Notes: generated by a model not told the origin, from the letters alone. Shown: positions 19,668 to 30,778, counted from the whole stretch's first letter. The stretch: DNA of 62,591 bases, filler included, from Nitrospinae bacterium RIFCSPLOWO2_12_FULL_45_22 (GCA_001803565.1; 5 parts of 5 records of this genome joined end to end with filler, not necessarily neighbours in it); one strand, 5' to 3'. Made by a program: numbers and translations.

Positions 19668-20303
19668 TTAGGCCGCTCGTCCCGGTAGGCGCCGTCGGAG
19701 CACTAACAGAAGGCGGCCGAGTGGTGATCCGCGGTATCGGCGATTCGGGAACCGATACCTCTGGCTGCTACCGTCAGCCAGCACCACACGGTACTCCAGG
19801 TCGTCGCGACAAACGGCGTCGTGCAGACGCGTGACTGCTTCCCGGACCTCACGGCGCTCATAAATCTGCTTCGCACGCCACTGCCTGGTCGGGTCGTTGA
19901 TGCTCCACGGATCCGTCCAGTACCCGTCGATCTCCTTGTACTCGAAAGGTCCGATTGGCATTGGCTTTCGAAAGGCCTCATCGCATCCCGGAATCAGTTC
20001 GTCGATCACAAGGGTCAACCACTTGGAATCGTAGTAGTCGCGGTATGGGATCATCCGCAAGACGTGTCGATCGGTGGGTCGCCATTGAATGTTCAGCACT
20101 GCATGACCGACGGGACTTCTGTTGAGCAATCTGCAGCGAAACGTGTAGGCCGCATTCAATCCGTCAGGCACCCGGGAATCGGCCCACACGCTCACAAGCT
20201 CGACGCGTGGCTGGGCGCGTCTCAGCTCAAGCCAGGCGATGTACGACCCGGCGGCGGTTGCTACTCCTGCGATGAAGGCCAAGGCGATGTTGATCTGGTC
20301 CAT
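19668..20303 (-). CDS. Hypothetical integron cassette gene (N-terminal TM helix)
   Basis: The stop codon lies within R'' GCCTAAC, and the gene starts just after attC 20320-20381. GC-rich. Confidence 0.7.
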   Translation of the reverse strand: MDQINIALAFIAGVATAAGSYIAWLELRRAQPRVELVSVWADSRVPDGLNAAYTFRCRLLNRSPVGHAVLNIQWRPTDRHVLRMIPYRDYYDSKWLTLVIDELIPGCDEAFRKPMPIGPFEYKEIDGYWTDPWSINDPTRQWRAKQIYERREVREAVTRLHDAVCRDDLEYRVVLADGSSQRYRFPNRRYRGSPLGRLLLVLRRRLPGRAA

Positions 20304-20319
20304 TGCTCTTTCAAGGCGG

Positions 20320-20381
20320 CCCTAACGCCCGGGCTAAGCGGTGCGACATAAGGAGCGTCCGACTTCAGCCCATGGTTCGGC
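20320..20381 (-). mobile_element. attC site
   Basis: GCCGAAC...GTTAGGG imperfect palindrome. R'' GCCGAAC complements the cassette start GTTCGGC at 21082-21088. Confidence 0.85.
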
Positions 20382-20401
20382 GATGCTTCCTTTGTTCGAG
20401 T

Positions 20402-21061
20402 TCAGAGCACTGCTCCTATGGCCGTAACCAAGTCATATAACCGTTTCTTGAGTTTGTCACGTCCCTCCGGAATGCCCTTGTATTGTTCGACTTCATCCTG
20501 TTCCAATTTTTCAATAAAGTCTTCATATGCCATATTACTCATGTGTTCGACGTTGCACACATAATAATGAAAGTCGGTAATTTCACCAAAACTAAGGCAG
20601 AGTCTGCCAGCAGCTTCAATACATGCGTCTACAGATGTTAAGACCGAGCCAAGACTCGTACCATGCCTCGCCCTAATTTTTTCATTTATTTTCTTAGTAT
20701 GAATGGAAACGCACAGTCTCTCCAATGTCTCTTTGGAGACCTCGGTAAGCCCGACTTTCATCGTCTCTTCGTTTCTAGTACGACGCTTAGTTTCGCCGTC
20801 TAGATCGATTAGACTGTGTATAATATGGTAGGCGTGGTATTTCCTCAGTGCAATTTGATCAATCAGTTTGTTTGTCAAGTCAAGCAATACGTGACATTCT
20901 CGTGCCAGATCCTTAGCTGTTTGTGTTATTGAATCACGTTCGTCTTTTCTTCTGAAATAATGGGTGACGGCATAACTAGTTAACGCCCCGGTAGCCAAGC
21001 CAGACAAGATACTTAGGACGATCTGCCATCCGTAAGCTTCCATAAACTGCAAGAGGCACAC
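20402..21061 (-). CDS. Hypothetical integron cassette gene (N-terminal TM helix)
   Basis: ORF bounded by GTTCGGC and an attC. Confidence 0.7.
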   Translation of the reverse strand: MCLLQFMEAYGWQIVLSILSGLATGALTSYAVTHYFRRKDERDSITQTAKDLARECHVLLDLTNKLIDQIALRKYHAYHIIHSLIDLDGETKRRTRNEETMKVGLTEVSKETLERLCVSIHTKKINEKIRARHGTSLGSVLTSVDACIEAAGRLCLSFGEITDFHYYVCNVEHMSNMAYEDFIEKLEQDEVEQYKGIPEGRDKLKKRLYDLVTAIGAVL

Positions 21062-21081
21062 TTATTGACTTTCCTTATGAC

Positions 21082-21172
21082 GCCGAACAGTTAAGTATAC
21101 AGACGTCTATTATATTGACACTAGACAGACATCTACTATATTGATACTATGCAGAATCTATTTTATTGAATA
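21082..21172 (-). mobile_element. attI-like site with three ~26-bp direct repeats
   Basis: TAACT-GTTCGGC resembles TAACT-GTTCGCG next to intI (40238-40249). Repeats CAGACGTCTATTATATTGA, CAGACATCTACTATATTGA and CAGAATCTATTTTATTGA. Confidence 0.55.
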
Positions 21173-21298
21173 TCTCCACCTCCTTTATACCACATCTGTC
21201 TTTGATTTCGTACCCTCCACCTTGCAGCTGACCACTATCCCCTGCTACTAAATTGTCAAGTGTAAACTCTAAGATTGTTGCTAATTTTGCAATGAAAG

Positions 21299-23800
21299 TT
21301 ACATGACAATATTGACTAACTTTCTGGGTACTATTACCAGACGTCGGATTTGCTTATCCTGAATAAATTCTTTAATCCGTGGGTTGCCCAGGGCCTTTAG
21401 TTTTAATTCTTCCTCCGCGATCTCTGAACTCACCAGGATACGGCTCCGTACTTTACCATTTATCTGGATCACCACTTCTATCTCTTCTTCCTGGGCTATT
21501 TCTGGATCGAAGTCAGGCCAGGGATGCTTGATAATACTTGTTTGATTACCTAACCCTGCCCAGATATCTTCGGCTATATGGGGAGCAAAAGGTGATAGGA
21601 GCAAGATAATGGTCTGAAAGGCTTCTTTAAGGGCCATGAGGTAAAGTTTATTGGTGCGGCCTTCTTGGGAGGGGATATTTACCAGATAAAGAGTATTGAT
21701 CAGCTCCATTATAGCGCTGATAGCAGTATTAAAGTGGAAGCGATCCTGGATATCTTCGGTAACTTTTTTTATAGTCTGGTGGGTCTTTCGGCGTATAGCC
21801 CTTATCTCCGTCGGGCAATCCGATGGATATTTCTGCTCGATATTAATAGCTTTCAGCAGCGGGCCATAGTTTTGATAGAGCCGCCATACCCGCTTTAAGA
21901 AACGGGAACACCCTTCTACTCCCTGATCACTCCACTCCAGATCCTTTTCTGGCGGGGCAGCAAAAAGGACAAATAACCGTACAGTATCGGCCCCATATTT
22001 TTCTATTAGCTTATCCGGGTCTACCACATTCCCTTTGGATTTAGCCATCTTGGCCCCATCTTTTATCACCATGCCCTGGGTGAGGAGGTTGAGGAAGGGC
22101 TCATCCACTTGCAGCAGGCCCATATCCCGCAATACCTTAGTATAAAACCGGGCATAGAGTAAGTGTAAGATGGCGTGCTCTATCCCTCCTATATATTGGT
22201 CTACCGGCATCCAATAGTTTGCCGCTTTAGGGTCAAGGGGGCCTTCCTGGTAGCGGGGGCAGGTGTAACGGTCAAAGTACCAGGATGAGCAGATAAAGGT
22301 GTCCATAGTATCGGACTCGCGTTTAGCAGGGTTACCGCAACGAGGACAGATAGTATTCAGGAACTCTGGATAGTCCAGTAAAGGGGAACGACCTTCGAAC
22401 TTAAAGTCAATATCTATAGGCAGGATAACCGGTAAATCCTGATAAGGGACCGGGACAATGTCGCAAGTTTGGCAGTAGATCACAGGTATCGGTGTACCCC
22501 AATAACGTTGTCGGGAGATCCCCCAATCCCGTAACCGGTAGTTTATCGTCCTCTGACCTATCTTTTTTTCTTCCAAGTACTCGGTAATACGCTCTATGGC
22601 AACCTGGCTGTTTAAGCCGTCGAAGGGAGCGGAGCTTACCAGATAACCCTCGGCCTCGTAAGCCTCTACCATGGTCTCCTCATCCAATCTGTTTTCATAA
22701 GGATGAATCACGACTTTTACCGGCAGGTGATACTTGCGGGCAAAATCCAGGTCCCGCTGGTCATGAGCCGGGACCGACATAATGGCGCCAGTGCCATATT
22801 CCATTAAGACAAAGTTAGAGAGCCAGATAGGGATAGGCTGATTAGTCAGGGGATTTATGGCATAGCGCCCGGTAAAGACCCCTTTCTTCTCTCCCAGGCC
22901 CGAGGTCCTGGCAAACCGCTCTTCCCGGCTGACTTCGTCAATAAATTGCCCTGCTGATCTTTCATAATCAGTGCCCCTGGCTAATTCTATAGCCAGCGGG
23001 TGCTCTGGGGCCAGGAGCATAAAGGTAGCGCCATAAAGGGTATCGGGCCGGGTAGTATATATCCGGATGACCGTTGTAGAATCTTTTACCGGGAAATCTA
23101 CTTCTGCCCCGATACTTTTTCCTATCCAATTTTTCTGCATGATCAGCACCCGCTCAGGCCATCCCTGCGCCAACTTTTCGCAGTCCCTTAAAAGCTCCTC
23201 GGCATAAGCGGTGATCTTCAAGAACCACTGCTCCAGCTCTTTCTGGATCACTGGCTGATCGCAGCGCCAGCAGAGCCCCCCTTCTACCTGCTCATTAGCC
23301 AGCACAGTCTGGCAGGTCTGACACCAATTAACCCAGGCCTTACGCCGATAAACCAGTCTCATCTCATACATCTTGAGGAAAAACCACTGGCTCCAGCGAT
23401 AATATTCCGGGTGGCAGGAGGCTATTTCCCTATCCCAGTCATAACTCAGGCCCAGCTTCTTGAGCTGATACCGCATAAAATTGATGTTATCCCAGGTCCA
23501 TTTAGCCGGATGGATATGGCGCTCGATAGCGGCGTTTTCTGCTGGCATACCGAAGGCATCCCAGCCCATAGGATGGAGGACGTTATAACCTTGCATCAGC
23601 TTAAACCGGGCTACTACGTCACCAATGCAATAGTTCCGCACATGTCCCATATGGATCCTGCCGGAAGGGTAAGGGAACATCTCTAAGAGATAATATTTTT
23701 TTTTATTCGGGTCTTCGCTAACCTTAAAGAGTTTCTGCTCTTCCCAGATTTGTTGCCATTTAGCTTCTATCCTTTTGCTGTTGTGGTCATTATTGGCCAT
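21299..23800 (-). CDS. leuS: Leucine--tRNA ligase
   Basis: Motifs [33 protein letters not shown] and KMAKS. Confidence 0.98.
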   Translation of the reverse strand: MANNDHNSKRIEAKWQQIWEEQKLFKVSEDPNKKKYYLLEMFPYPSGRIHMGHVRNYCIGDVVARFKLMQGYNVLHPMGWDAFGMPAENAAIERHIHPAKWTWDNINFMRYQLKKLGLSYDWDREIASCHPEYYRWSQWFFLKMYEMRLVYRRKAWVNWCQTCQTVLANEQVEGGLCWRCDQPVIQKELEQWFLKITAYAEELLRDCEKLAQGWPERVLIMQKNWIGKSIGAEVDFPVKDSTTVIRIYTTRPDTLYGATFMLLAPEHPLAIELARGTDYERSAGQFIDEVSREERFARTSGLGEKKGVFTGRYAINPLTNQPIPIWLSNFVLMEYGTGAIMSVPAHDQRDLDFARKYHLPVKVVIHPYENRLDEETMVEAYEAEGYLVSSAPFDGLNSQVAIERITEYLEEKKIGQRTINYRLRDWGISRQRYWGTPIPVIYCQTCDIVPVPYQDLPVILPIDIDFKFEGRSPLLDYPEFLNTICPRCGNPAKRESDTMDTFICSSWYFDRYTCPRYQEGPLDPKAANYWMPVDQYIGGIEHAILHLLYARFYTKVLRDMGLLQVDEPFLNLLTQGMVIKDGAKMAKSKGNVVDPDKLIEKYGADTVRLFVLFAAPPEKDLEWSDQGVEGCSRFLKRVWRLYQNYGPLLKAINIEQKYPSDCPTEIRAIRRKTHQTIKKVTEDIQDRFHFNTAISAIMELINTLYLVNIPSQEGRTNKLYLMALKEAFQTIILLLSPFAPHIAEDIWAGLGNQTSIIKHPWPDFDPEIAQEEEIEVVIQINGKVRSRILVSSEIAEEELKLKALGNPRIKEFIQDKQIRRLVIVPRKLVNIVM

Positions 23801-23814
23801 CTCTCGTATCTTCT

Positions 23815-24549
23815 TTACCTCCCTAAGGCTAATCGGTCAATCAGATAAGGGGGCAGGCCCAAGGCCCGCATCTTCGCTTGAGTTTTAACTACATCATACG
23901 GTATTCTTTTCCATTGAACGCTCCCTAAGCTACTATCATAGATAGTATAGCAGGCCCGGGGGTCTCCATCCCTTGGCTGGCCTATGCTACCCACATTAAT
24001 AATATACTGACAACCGGGTTCCAATTTTAATAAAGGGCTGGGTTTAACAGCTAGCTGGCCCCTTTCATTTTTCTCAATAAATGATGGGTAATGAGAATGG
24101 CCAATAAAGCAGATCTTTTCAGCAAAGGTAGAAAAGTTTTCTTCAGCATCTTCTAGGGTGAATATATAGTGCCATTTTTCTGGCTCGCGGGGGGTAGAGT
24201 GAACAAATAACAAGCTTTCTTCGTTATCTTTTACCATAAGTTTAAGGTGGGTAAGATTCTTGCGATTACTATCAGTTAAGACTTTTCTGGTCCATAGGAT
24301 GGCTATCTTGGCATAAGGATTAAAATAAGTAATATCAGTCCAGCCCAGGGCCGCCCAATCATGATTCCCGGCCAGGTTTATATCGGCCTTTGCTAATAGC
24401 TCCTCCACCACGCTATTAGGGTCCGGGCCATATCCTACCATATCGCCCAAAAAAATTGTTTTCTCTACTCCCTCACGTTCAAGGTCTTGTAATACTTTGT
24501 GTAAGGCATCCCAGTTGCTATGGGCATCAGATATGATAGCATACCTCAA
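23815..24549 (-). CDS. Calcineurin-like metallophosphoesterase
   Basis: Motifs SDAH, GDMVGYG, GNHD, GHSH and [12 protein letters not shown]. Confidence 0.9.
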   Translation of the reverse strand: MRYAIISDAHSNWDALHKVLQDLEREGVEKTIFLGDMVGYGPDPNSVVEELLAKADINLAGNHDWAALGWTDITYFNPYAKIAILWTRKVLTDSNRKNLTHLKLMVKDNEESLLFVHSTPREPEKWHYIFTLEDAEENFSTFAEKICFIGHSHYPSFIEKNERGQLAVKPSPLLKLEPGCQYIINVGSIGQPRDGDPRACYTIYDSSLGSVQWKRIPYDVVKTQAKMRALGLPPYLIDRLALGR

Positions 24550-24969
24550 TTAATCCTTCCCTACCTCCTTTTTGATGCGATCCAGAATACCATTGATGAA
24601 GAGGGCTGACCTTTCGGTGCTAAATTTCTTGGCTATCTCAATAGCCTCATTAATAGTCACTTTAGGCGGAATATCTTCCATATAGCAAAGTTCGCATACG
24701 GCTAAACGTAAGATATTCCGATCTATGAAACCCATCCTCTTCAGGGACCAATTTTTGCTAAATTTCTTGATTAAATTATCAATGGTATCCTGGCACTCTG
24801 AGGTTTTAGAGACTAATCGTTGGGTGAATTCTTTAGTTTCCGCCGGGGTGTTAGGATTAGGATATTGTTCCCAGAACTCCTCGAGGGATTTGGGCGTAGT
24901 ATCCTGGCAAATATCTATTTGATAAAGGATCTTCAAGGCATCTTCCCGGGATATTCTCCGTTGCCCCAT
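24550..24969 (-). CDS. nusB: Transcription antitermination factor
   Basis: Motifs RRISRE, DRNILRLA, VTINEAIEIAK and FINGILD. Follows ribH. Confidence 0.96.
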   Translation of the reverse strand: MGQRRISREDALKILYQIDICQDTTPKSLEEFWEQYPNPNTPAETKEFTQRLVSKTSECQDTIDNLIKKFSKNWSLKRMGFIDRNILRLAVCELCYMEDIPPKVTINEAIEIAKKFSTERSALFINGILDRIKKEVGKD

Positions 24970-24974
24970 CCTCC

Positions 24975-25448
24975 TTATTCACTCCCCATCTCCCGATAGA
25001 GATTTACCATCTCTAAGGCAGCTATTGCTGCATCCCAGCCTTTATTGCCTATTTTTGTCCCGGCCCGTTCAATAGCCTGTTCGATATTCTCAGTGGTTAA
25101 TACTCCCAGAATAATAGGCACTCCGGTCTCTAAGGCAGTATTAGCAATACCTTTGGTTACCTCAGCGGCAATATATTCATAATGGGGTGTAGCGCCCCGA
25201 ATGATAGTGCCCAGGCAGATCACAGAGTCGTACCTCTTCCCTAAGGCCAGTTTTTTTGCTACATAGGGTATTTCAAAAGAACCGGGCACCTTAAAGATGT
25301 CTATATCGTCATCCCTCACACCATTCCGTTTCAAAGCGTCAAGACATCCTTCCAGTAACCGGCTAGTGATAAAGTCATTAAAGCGACTAACTATAATACC
25401 GAATTTAAACCCTTCCCCCCTTAAGAACCCCTGAAATATTCTTGGCAT
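24975..25448 (-). CDS. ribH: 6,7-dimethyl-8-ribityllumazine synthase
   Basis: Motifs [19 protein letters not shown] and GNKGWDAA. Confidence 0.97.
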   Translation of the reverse strand: MPRIFQGFLRGEGFKFGIIVSRFNDFITSRLLEGCLDALKRNGVRDDDIDIFKVPGSFEIPYVAKKLALGKRYDSVICLGTIIRGATPHYEYIAAEVTKGIANTALETGVPIILGVLTTENIEQAIERAGTKIGNKGWDAAIAALEMVNLYREMGSE

Positions 25449-25460
25449 AAGTATTCCTCC

Positions 25461-26120
25461 TTATAAAAAACCATGTTCAGCAAGGAATTCTTGATCAATT
25501 AATCCAGGCCGATCTTTAAGCTGCTGGCCCCATTGAGCATCCATAAATCGCTCTATATATTTACCTATAAGGTCAGCCTCCAGGTTTACTGCGCTACCGA
25601 TGCTTTTCTGGCCTAGAGTAGTCATTTTGGCTGTATAAGGAACTACGGATATCTGGAAGCGGTCTTCCCAACAACTGGCTATGGTCAAGCTTATTCCATC
25701 CAGGGCAATAGAACCTTTGGTCACAATATATTTCATGACTTCTGGTGGGGCTTGCGCAGTGATGGTCAAAAAATCTCCTTCCCTACCCAGGGCCACTATC
25801 CGGCCTACTCCATCAATATGGCCGGTGACCTGGTGCCCCCCCAGGCGGTCTCCGAGTTTCAAGGCCCTTTCTAAATTTACCCCTTCTCCTATCCGGAGCT
25901 TACCCAAATTAGATCGGATTAAGGTCTCAGGAGAGACTTCTACCACAAAGCTATCCTTTTCGGCCTTTACTACCGTAAGGCAAACGCCATTAACCGCAAT
26001 GCTGTCCCCTGCTTTAAGCTCACTGAGAACCTTACTGGCTTTTATCGTCAGGCTTAAGCCATTTCCCTTTCGGCCCAGCCTGACCAGCTCGCCTATCTCC
26101 TCTATTATACCAGTAAACAC
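25461..26120 (-). CDS. ribE: Riboflavin synthase alpha chain
   Basis: Motifs MFTGI, GDSIAVNGVCLT, VNLERAL and GGH.VTGHIDG. Confidence 0.96.
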   Translation of the reverse strand: MFTGIIEEIGELVRLGRKGNGLSLTIKASKVLSELKAGDSIAVNGVCLTVVKAEKDSFVVEVSPETLIRSNLGKLRIGEGVNLERALKLGDRLGGHQVTGHIDGVGRIVALGREGDFLTITAQAPPEVMKYIVTKGSIALDGISLTIASCWEDRFQISVVPYTAKMTTLGQKSIGSAVNLEADLIGKYIERFMDAQWGQQLKDRPGLIDQEFLAEHGFL

Positions 26121-26291
26121 CTATCTCCTCTTTCCCATTTTCTGACCCTGGGCCCTTCCTTGATCCCCTGGGCAATCAAATCAAAGTCAAGTTAAATATA
26201 GCTGAAAAATAGCCCCTATGCCATACTTATATGTTGAAATCGTCAAACGCAAATTTGGCTCGCTTTGGCATCGCAGTGTTTGCATGGAAAC

Positions 26292-27206
26292 TCAGGGGGA
26301 TTGTTGCGGGCCAAGATTCTCACCATTTCCTTCCCCACCTGAATAAGCGGTTTTTATGGCTTTATCGCCTATTAGTTTATAGATATGTTCCATATCATTG
26401 AAGAAGTCAGGTTTTCCGCCCCAGAAGGCAGGGGGGCCCAGGAGTTTAAGGATTGCTATAGAGACTGTTGCTGGATTAATAGAGACATTGAAGGCTTCAA
26501 ATCCTTCTCCGATATGCCAAAACTTATCCAAAGCGTCTTCTAAAGGTTCTACTTTACTAGATTCGCTGACAAATGCCCCAGACCTTCCCTCTGCTTCTGG
26601 CTTCCCTAAAGAGCGTATCTTGCGTAGTTCATCAATGATTTGTTCCTTCCTTCGCCCCCGCAGATGGAAGATCATAAAGGGGTCTCGGTCAAACTCATCG
26701 GCTAAAATGTAATAGAGCGCAGCAATATGCTTGCAGGGATTAGCCCAGTCCGGGCAAGAGCATTCGGTCTTGAGGTCTTTTGCCGAGTTGGGTAGAAGCG
26801 ATACATTTGCGGCGGCAAATGCCTCTTCAATATTCTGCGGCATCTCACCGGTAAGGAGCTTTGCGGCAAAGATAGCCTGAGACCCCATAACCGAGATTAC
26901 CTTCTCCCAATCGGCAGCGGAGATCAATTTTAACTCGATCTTTACCGAATAGGGTTTAGGTCGAGTCCCCTGTACCCGGGCAGTTACCTGACCTGGATTA
27001 ATGGCAAAATCAACTACCTGTCCGCTCCTGGCATATTTCCTGCCGCGCTGAAGCCTTGCTGACCAACCAAAAGACTCCAGGGCCGAAAGCCATTTCTTTG
27101 ACCACCAGGTAGCCCCTATTTTGTCTGACTGAAGCTTAATCCCATCGGCTACCTGCTTTGGTTTTGCTGGTTTGTATCTCGGGTAAAAATAATTCCACCT
27201 GCCCAT
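26292..27206 (-). CDS. SWIM zinc-finger protein
   Basis: Motifs RLQRGRKYAR, CSCPDWANPCKH and DPF.IF.LRG. Confidence 0.92.
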   Translation of the reverse strand: MGRWNYFYPRYKPAKPKQVADGIKLQSDKIGATWWSKKWLSALESFGWSARLQRGRKYARSGQVVDFAINPGQVTARVQGTRPKPYSVKIELKLISAADWEKVISVMGSQAIFAAKLLTGEMPQNIEEAFAAANVSLLPNSAKDLKTECSCPDWANPCKHIAALYYILADEFDRDPFMIFHLRGRRKEQIIDELRKIRSLGKPEAEGRSGAFVSESSKVEPLEDALDKFWHIGEGFEAFNVSINPATVSIAILKLLGPPAFWGGKPDFFNDMEHIYKLIGDKAIKTAYSGGEGNGENLGPQQSP

Positions 27207-27211
27207 CTTAT

Positions 27212-30200
27212 CTACCCCTCCCCTACCTGCATCGCCTCTTCAGAGCGCAAGGTGAATATATCTCGAAGCATATCGTTGGAAAGCTCTGTAAGCCATCCCT
27301 CATCGGTTCCTACTATACTTTCAGCCAGCCTCTTCTTCATCTCCAGCATACTATCAATCTTTTCCTCCAGGGTTCCCAGGCAGACAAATTTATAGGCCAT
27401 GACATTCTTTACCTGTCCTATACGGAAAGCCCGGTCGGTTGCCTGATTTTCTACCGCCGGGTTCCACCATCGGTCAAAGTGGAAGACGCGATTCGCCCGG
27501 GTAAGATTCAGCCCAAGACCCCCGGCTTTTATGGAAAGGACAAAGATGGGTGGGCCATCCCTTTCTTCCTGAAAACGGCTTATCATCATATCGCGCATCT
27601 TCGCAGGGATACTTCCATGCAAGAATAGGACTTCCCGCCCAAATCGGGACCTCAGATGCTTCTGGAGCATCTTTCCCATCTCCACATACTGGGTAAATAT
27701 AAGGGCCTTATCATCTTCAGAAAGGACTTCTTCCATCATCTCACAGAGGCGATTAAGTTTCTCTGAACGCCTGGGAGTATCACTCCCATCTTGTAAGAAT
27801 AGTGCTGGATGATCGCAGACCTGCTTCAGCTTGGTGAGGGTTGAGAGTATCAGCCCTTTTCGATTGATCCCTTTCGACTCCTCAATCTTCAGCATCATAT
27901 CGTCAACTGTGGCCTGGTAGAGGGTTACCTGTTCCCGGGATAGGGTGCAATAGACTTTTATCTCAACCTTTTCCGGCAAGTCCTTTATTATGGTCTTATC
28001 TGTCTTTAACCTGCGTAGAATAAAAGGCTGGATCAGTTTACGGAGTCTTTCAGAGGTTTCGTGGGATTTATACCGCTCGATAGGATTGGCAAATTTGGCC
28101 CTAAACGAAGTCAAGGGGCCGAGATATCCGGGATTGAGAAACTCCATGATAGACCATAGCTCTGTCAATCTGTTTTCTACCGGCGTACCAGTGAGGGCAA
28201 TGCGATAACCCCTTGCCAGGGTGCGTACAGCTTGTGCCTGTTTGGCAAAGGGATTCTTTATATTCTGGGCCTCATCCAGGATAACCCCTTCCCATGATAC
28301 TTTACTAAAGTCCTCTTTGTCCCTTAAGGTCAGGGAGTATGTGCTTATGATAAGGTCATGCCCCTTGGCCCTCTTCAAAAACTCTCTGCCTGAATAGCGC
28401 TCAGAGCCATAATGAACCAGGATCTTAATAGAAGGAGCAAAGCGTTCTATTTCCCGGCGCCAATTTCCTACCACGGATGTAGGACAGATCAAGAGCACAG
28501 GCCCAGCGGGACGTTTTCTCCTTTTATCCCCGTTTTTATGCAAAAGGAGAGCCAATGCCTGGATGGTCTTACCCAGGCCCATATCATCCGCCAGACATGC
28601 CCCCAGACCTACCTCACTCAAGAAAGCGAGCCAGGAATAACCCCGGAGCTGATAAGGTCTGAGCTCTCCCTTAAATCCCGGAGGGGTTTCCAGTTCTTTA
28701 AAGTCTATCTCCTTATAGATAACATCTTTAAGCCAACCCTTAATGTCAAATCCTACGAGATCAAGCCCTACCCCTTCTCCGGCAAGGCCCAGGTGCAATG
28801 CCTGGCCCAGGTTTAAACCCTCCTTATCAATCTTGTTCAGGAATTTCATGGCCGAGTCAATATCATTTTGGTTGATCTCAACCCATCTGCCTCGTACCTG
28901 CACCAGAGGGAGCTTTAGTTGAGCTATCTTTTCCAATTCCTCCTTGCTTAGTTTCTCATCGCCAATAGCGATCTGCCAGTCAAAATCCACCAGGCCACTT
29001 AGGGTAAAAAATCCGGTCGTTGATCCCTGGGATGGTTTAGGAGACTTTACCGTAAGCCTTATTCCCGGTTTTGCTCCTTTAGCCCACCAGGAAGGCACCA
29101 GGACATTAAATCCGCTCTCCTCCAAAAGCCATGCCCCTTCTTTTAAGAAGGTATAGGATTGTTCAGTGTTAATAGGGGCTGATGCTGGATGGGCGGTTTG
29201 CAAACTTTTTTCCAGCGGAGGGAAAAGCCTCGATGCCTTTGCTATATCCTGAAGGAATCTCTCTTGCGCAATTTCTAATTCGCCTTTCAGGAGTTTCACG
29301 GTAGATTTGGTCTTTTTCCAGAGGGTAGGGGCGGGTAGAAAGAGGCTTTTATCATCGGTAGCCTGGAGATGGAAGGAGATAGCCCATTTGTCTCCATCAG
29401 ATTCTGGCTCTTCTAATCGGAAACTGGTGCGCCAGGGGAGTTCTTTCCCTGCCACCTGCACCCCTTCTGACCATAATGGGATAGACTCCTTGAGGGTCTT
29501 TATCTGGTGGGTGGTGCCGTTTATTTCAGGATTTGTGGAACATAGGGCTTTAAGCCAGAGGGAGGCAAGGTTATCATAACCAAAGAGGCGCTCCTTTAAG
29601 CCGGGACTTAACCCCTCTGAAAGCCATTTCCGGATTCCTTCATCTATACAAAAACTCAGAAAATCGGTTATCAGTTGATAGGGGTTATGGTTGCCCTTTC
29701 CCCCCTCAGTAACAAAGGCACGGCAGACAGGTGGCATTGATTTTGCCAGGAGCGCGAATCGTTCTATATCGTTAGTATGATTGATCACCGGTCTCCATAC
29801 GGCACAGAGTCTCCCAGTTGTATCTTTTACTGAAGGCACGAATCTCTGGCGCGTAAGGAGTTCCAGGCCGAATTTTGCCGCGGCGCTCCAGAAGCGTATA
29901 TCCTGGCCAATAGAGAGTTGGGGTGAAGACCCCTCCCCCTTTTCGGGGATAAGTCCAAGCCAGATAAAGGTTTCCAGGGCTGGGAGCAGTACACAGGAAA
30001 CTTTCCAGGGTATGAGTTTCAGGTCAGTTTTTGTCTCATAATATTGTGGATCAAGGAATGGGGCAGAGGCATTAGGAATACCTTCCCCGGTGGGGAGCAG
30101 AGCTGTCATCTGTTCCCTGGATACTATAGAGGGGGTCATCTCAAGGGATTTAAGGGCACTTACTATCTCTCCTTCAGAGGCCTGAAATGGGTGATCAATC

Positions 30201-30319
30201 GCTTTTTGCTTACGAGTTCTCTTTGGGCGCTTAATTTCACCTTCTGATGATTCTCCCCAGAAACAAAATTTCCTTGTATTATCCTTTCTAAGACACCATG
30301 TTCCATGTAAAACTATCAT
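27212..30319 (-). CDS. SNF2-family helicase/ATPase (SWIM-associated type)
   Basis: Motifs LADDMGLGKT, DEAQNIKN, LTGTPVEN and DRWWNPAVENQATDRAFRIGQ. Confidence 0.95.
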   Translation of the reverse strand: MIVLHGTWCLRKDNTRKFCFWGESSEGEIKRPKRTRKQKAIDHPFQASEGEIVSALKSLEMTPSIVSREQMTALLPTGEGIPNASAPFLDPQYYETKTDLKLIPWKVSCVLLPALETFIWLGLIPEKGEGSSPQLSIGQDIRFWSAAAKFGLELLTRQRFVPSVKDTTGRLCAVWRPVINHTNDIERFALLAKSMPPVCRAFVTEGGKGNHNPYQLITDFLSFCIDEGIRKWLSEGLSPGLKERLFGYDNLASLWLKALCSTNPEINGTTHQIKTLKESIPLWSEGVQVAGKELPWRTSFRLEEPESDGDKWAISFHLQATDDKSLFLPAPTLWKKTKSTVKLLKGELEIAQERFLQDIAKASRLFPPLEKSLQTAHPASAPINTEQSYTFLKEGAWLLEESGFNVLVPSWWAKGAKPGIRLTVKSPKPSQGSTTGFFTLSGLVDFDWQIAIGDEKLSKEELEKIAQLKLPLVQVRGRWVEINQNDIDSAMKFLNKIDKEGLNLGQALHLGLAGEGVGLDLVGFDIKGWLKDVIYKEIDFKELETPPGFKGELRPYQLRGYSWLAFLSEVGLGACLADDMGLGKTIQALALLLHKNGDKRRKRPAGPVLLICPTSVVGNWRREIERFAPSIKILVHYGSERYSGREFLKRAKGHDLIISTYSLTLRDKEDFSKVSWEGVILDEAQNIKNPFAKQAQAVRTLARGYRIALTGTPVENRLTELWSIMEFLNPGYLGPLTSFRAKFANPIERYKSHETSERLRKLIQPFILRRLKTDKTIIKDLPEKVEIKVYCTLSREQVTLYQATVDDMMLKIEESKGINRKGLILSTLTKLKQVCDHPALFLQDGSDTPRRSEKLNRLCEMMEEVLSEDDKALIFTQYVEMGKMLQKHLRSRFGREVLFLHGSIPAKMRDMMISRFQEERDGPPIFVLSIKAGGLGLNLTRANRVFHFDRWWNPAVENQATDRAFRIGQVKNVMAYKFVCLGTLEEKIDSMLEMKKRLAESIVGTDEGWLTELSNDMLRDIFTLRSEEAMQVGEG

Positions 30320-30354
30320 AAGAATATACCAGTGTTAAAGATTAATATTTAACC

Positions 30355-30638
30355 CTAACTTTTGTACAAATACTCCAGGAAATCTCAAAAAAATGAAACA
30401 AAGAAAATAAATATCGTAACCGTTCAGGGAGGTATCTACCGCAGAGACGCGGAGAATGGAACTAAACCAGTTTTAGGCTAGCGGCTAAGGGCAATAGGCA
30501 ATACGCCTTCCCATGGCCCATTGCCCCTGGCCTAATTAGAGTAGTCTTCTCTGCGTCTTTGCGCCTCTGCGGTGAACGGATACGAAAAATAATATTTCAA
30601 ATTTTTGAGGTTTTGCCCACTATTTGTACAAAAGTTAC
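30355..30638. mobile_element. Non-coding element with 17-bp perfect TIR, containing a nested second element (30416-30583)
   Basis: TAACTTTTGTACAAATA (30356-30372) and TATTTGTACAAAAGTTA (30621-30637). Inner element GTAACCGTTCAG...GTGAACGGATAC. Confidence 0.65.
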
Positions 30639-30719
30639 GTTAACGTAACATTAATTGTAATCCAAGGTCAAGAATTTTATGAGTCAGGGATTTTGTTTGA
30701 GCAAAATATAGAGACAAAT

Positions 30720-30778
30720 ATAGAACGCTCGAGATCAGCGGGGCGTATTAACGCATCCGCTGGATTGAGTTGTTAGGC
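30720..30778 (-). mobile_element. attC site (distal)
   Basis: GCCTAAC...CAGCGGATGCG..CGCCCCGCTG...GTTCTAT. Confidence 0.8.

Noticed and set aside
21099-21172. Three ~26-bp repeats considered as a CRISPR array
   Set aside because: Degenerate, no spacers and no cas genes. No CRISPR array was seen in the window.
22035-22055. KMAKS instead of KMSKS in LeuS
   Set aside because: A conservative natural variant in an otherwise intact gene.
26292-30319. SNF2 + SWIM pair as a new defence system
   Set aside because: A widespread known gene pair lying outside the last attC, with no additional partner genes.
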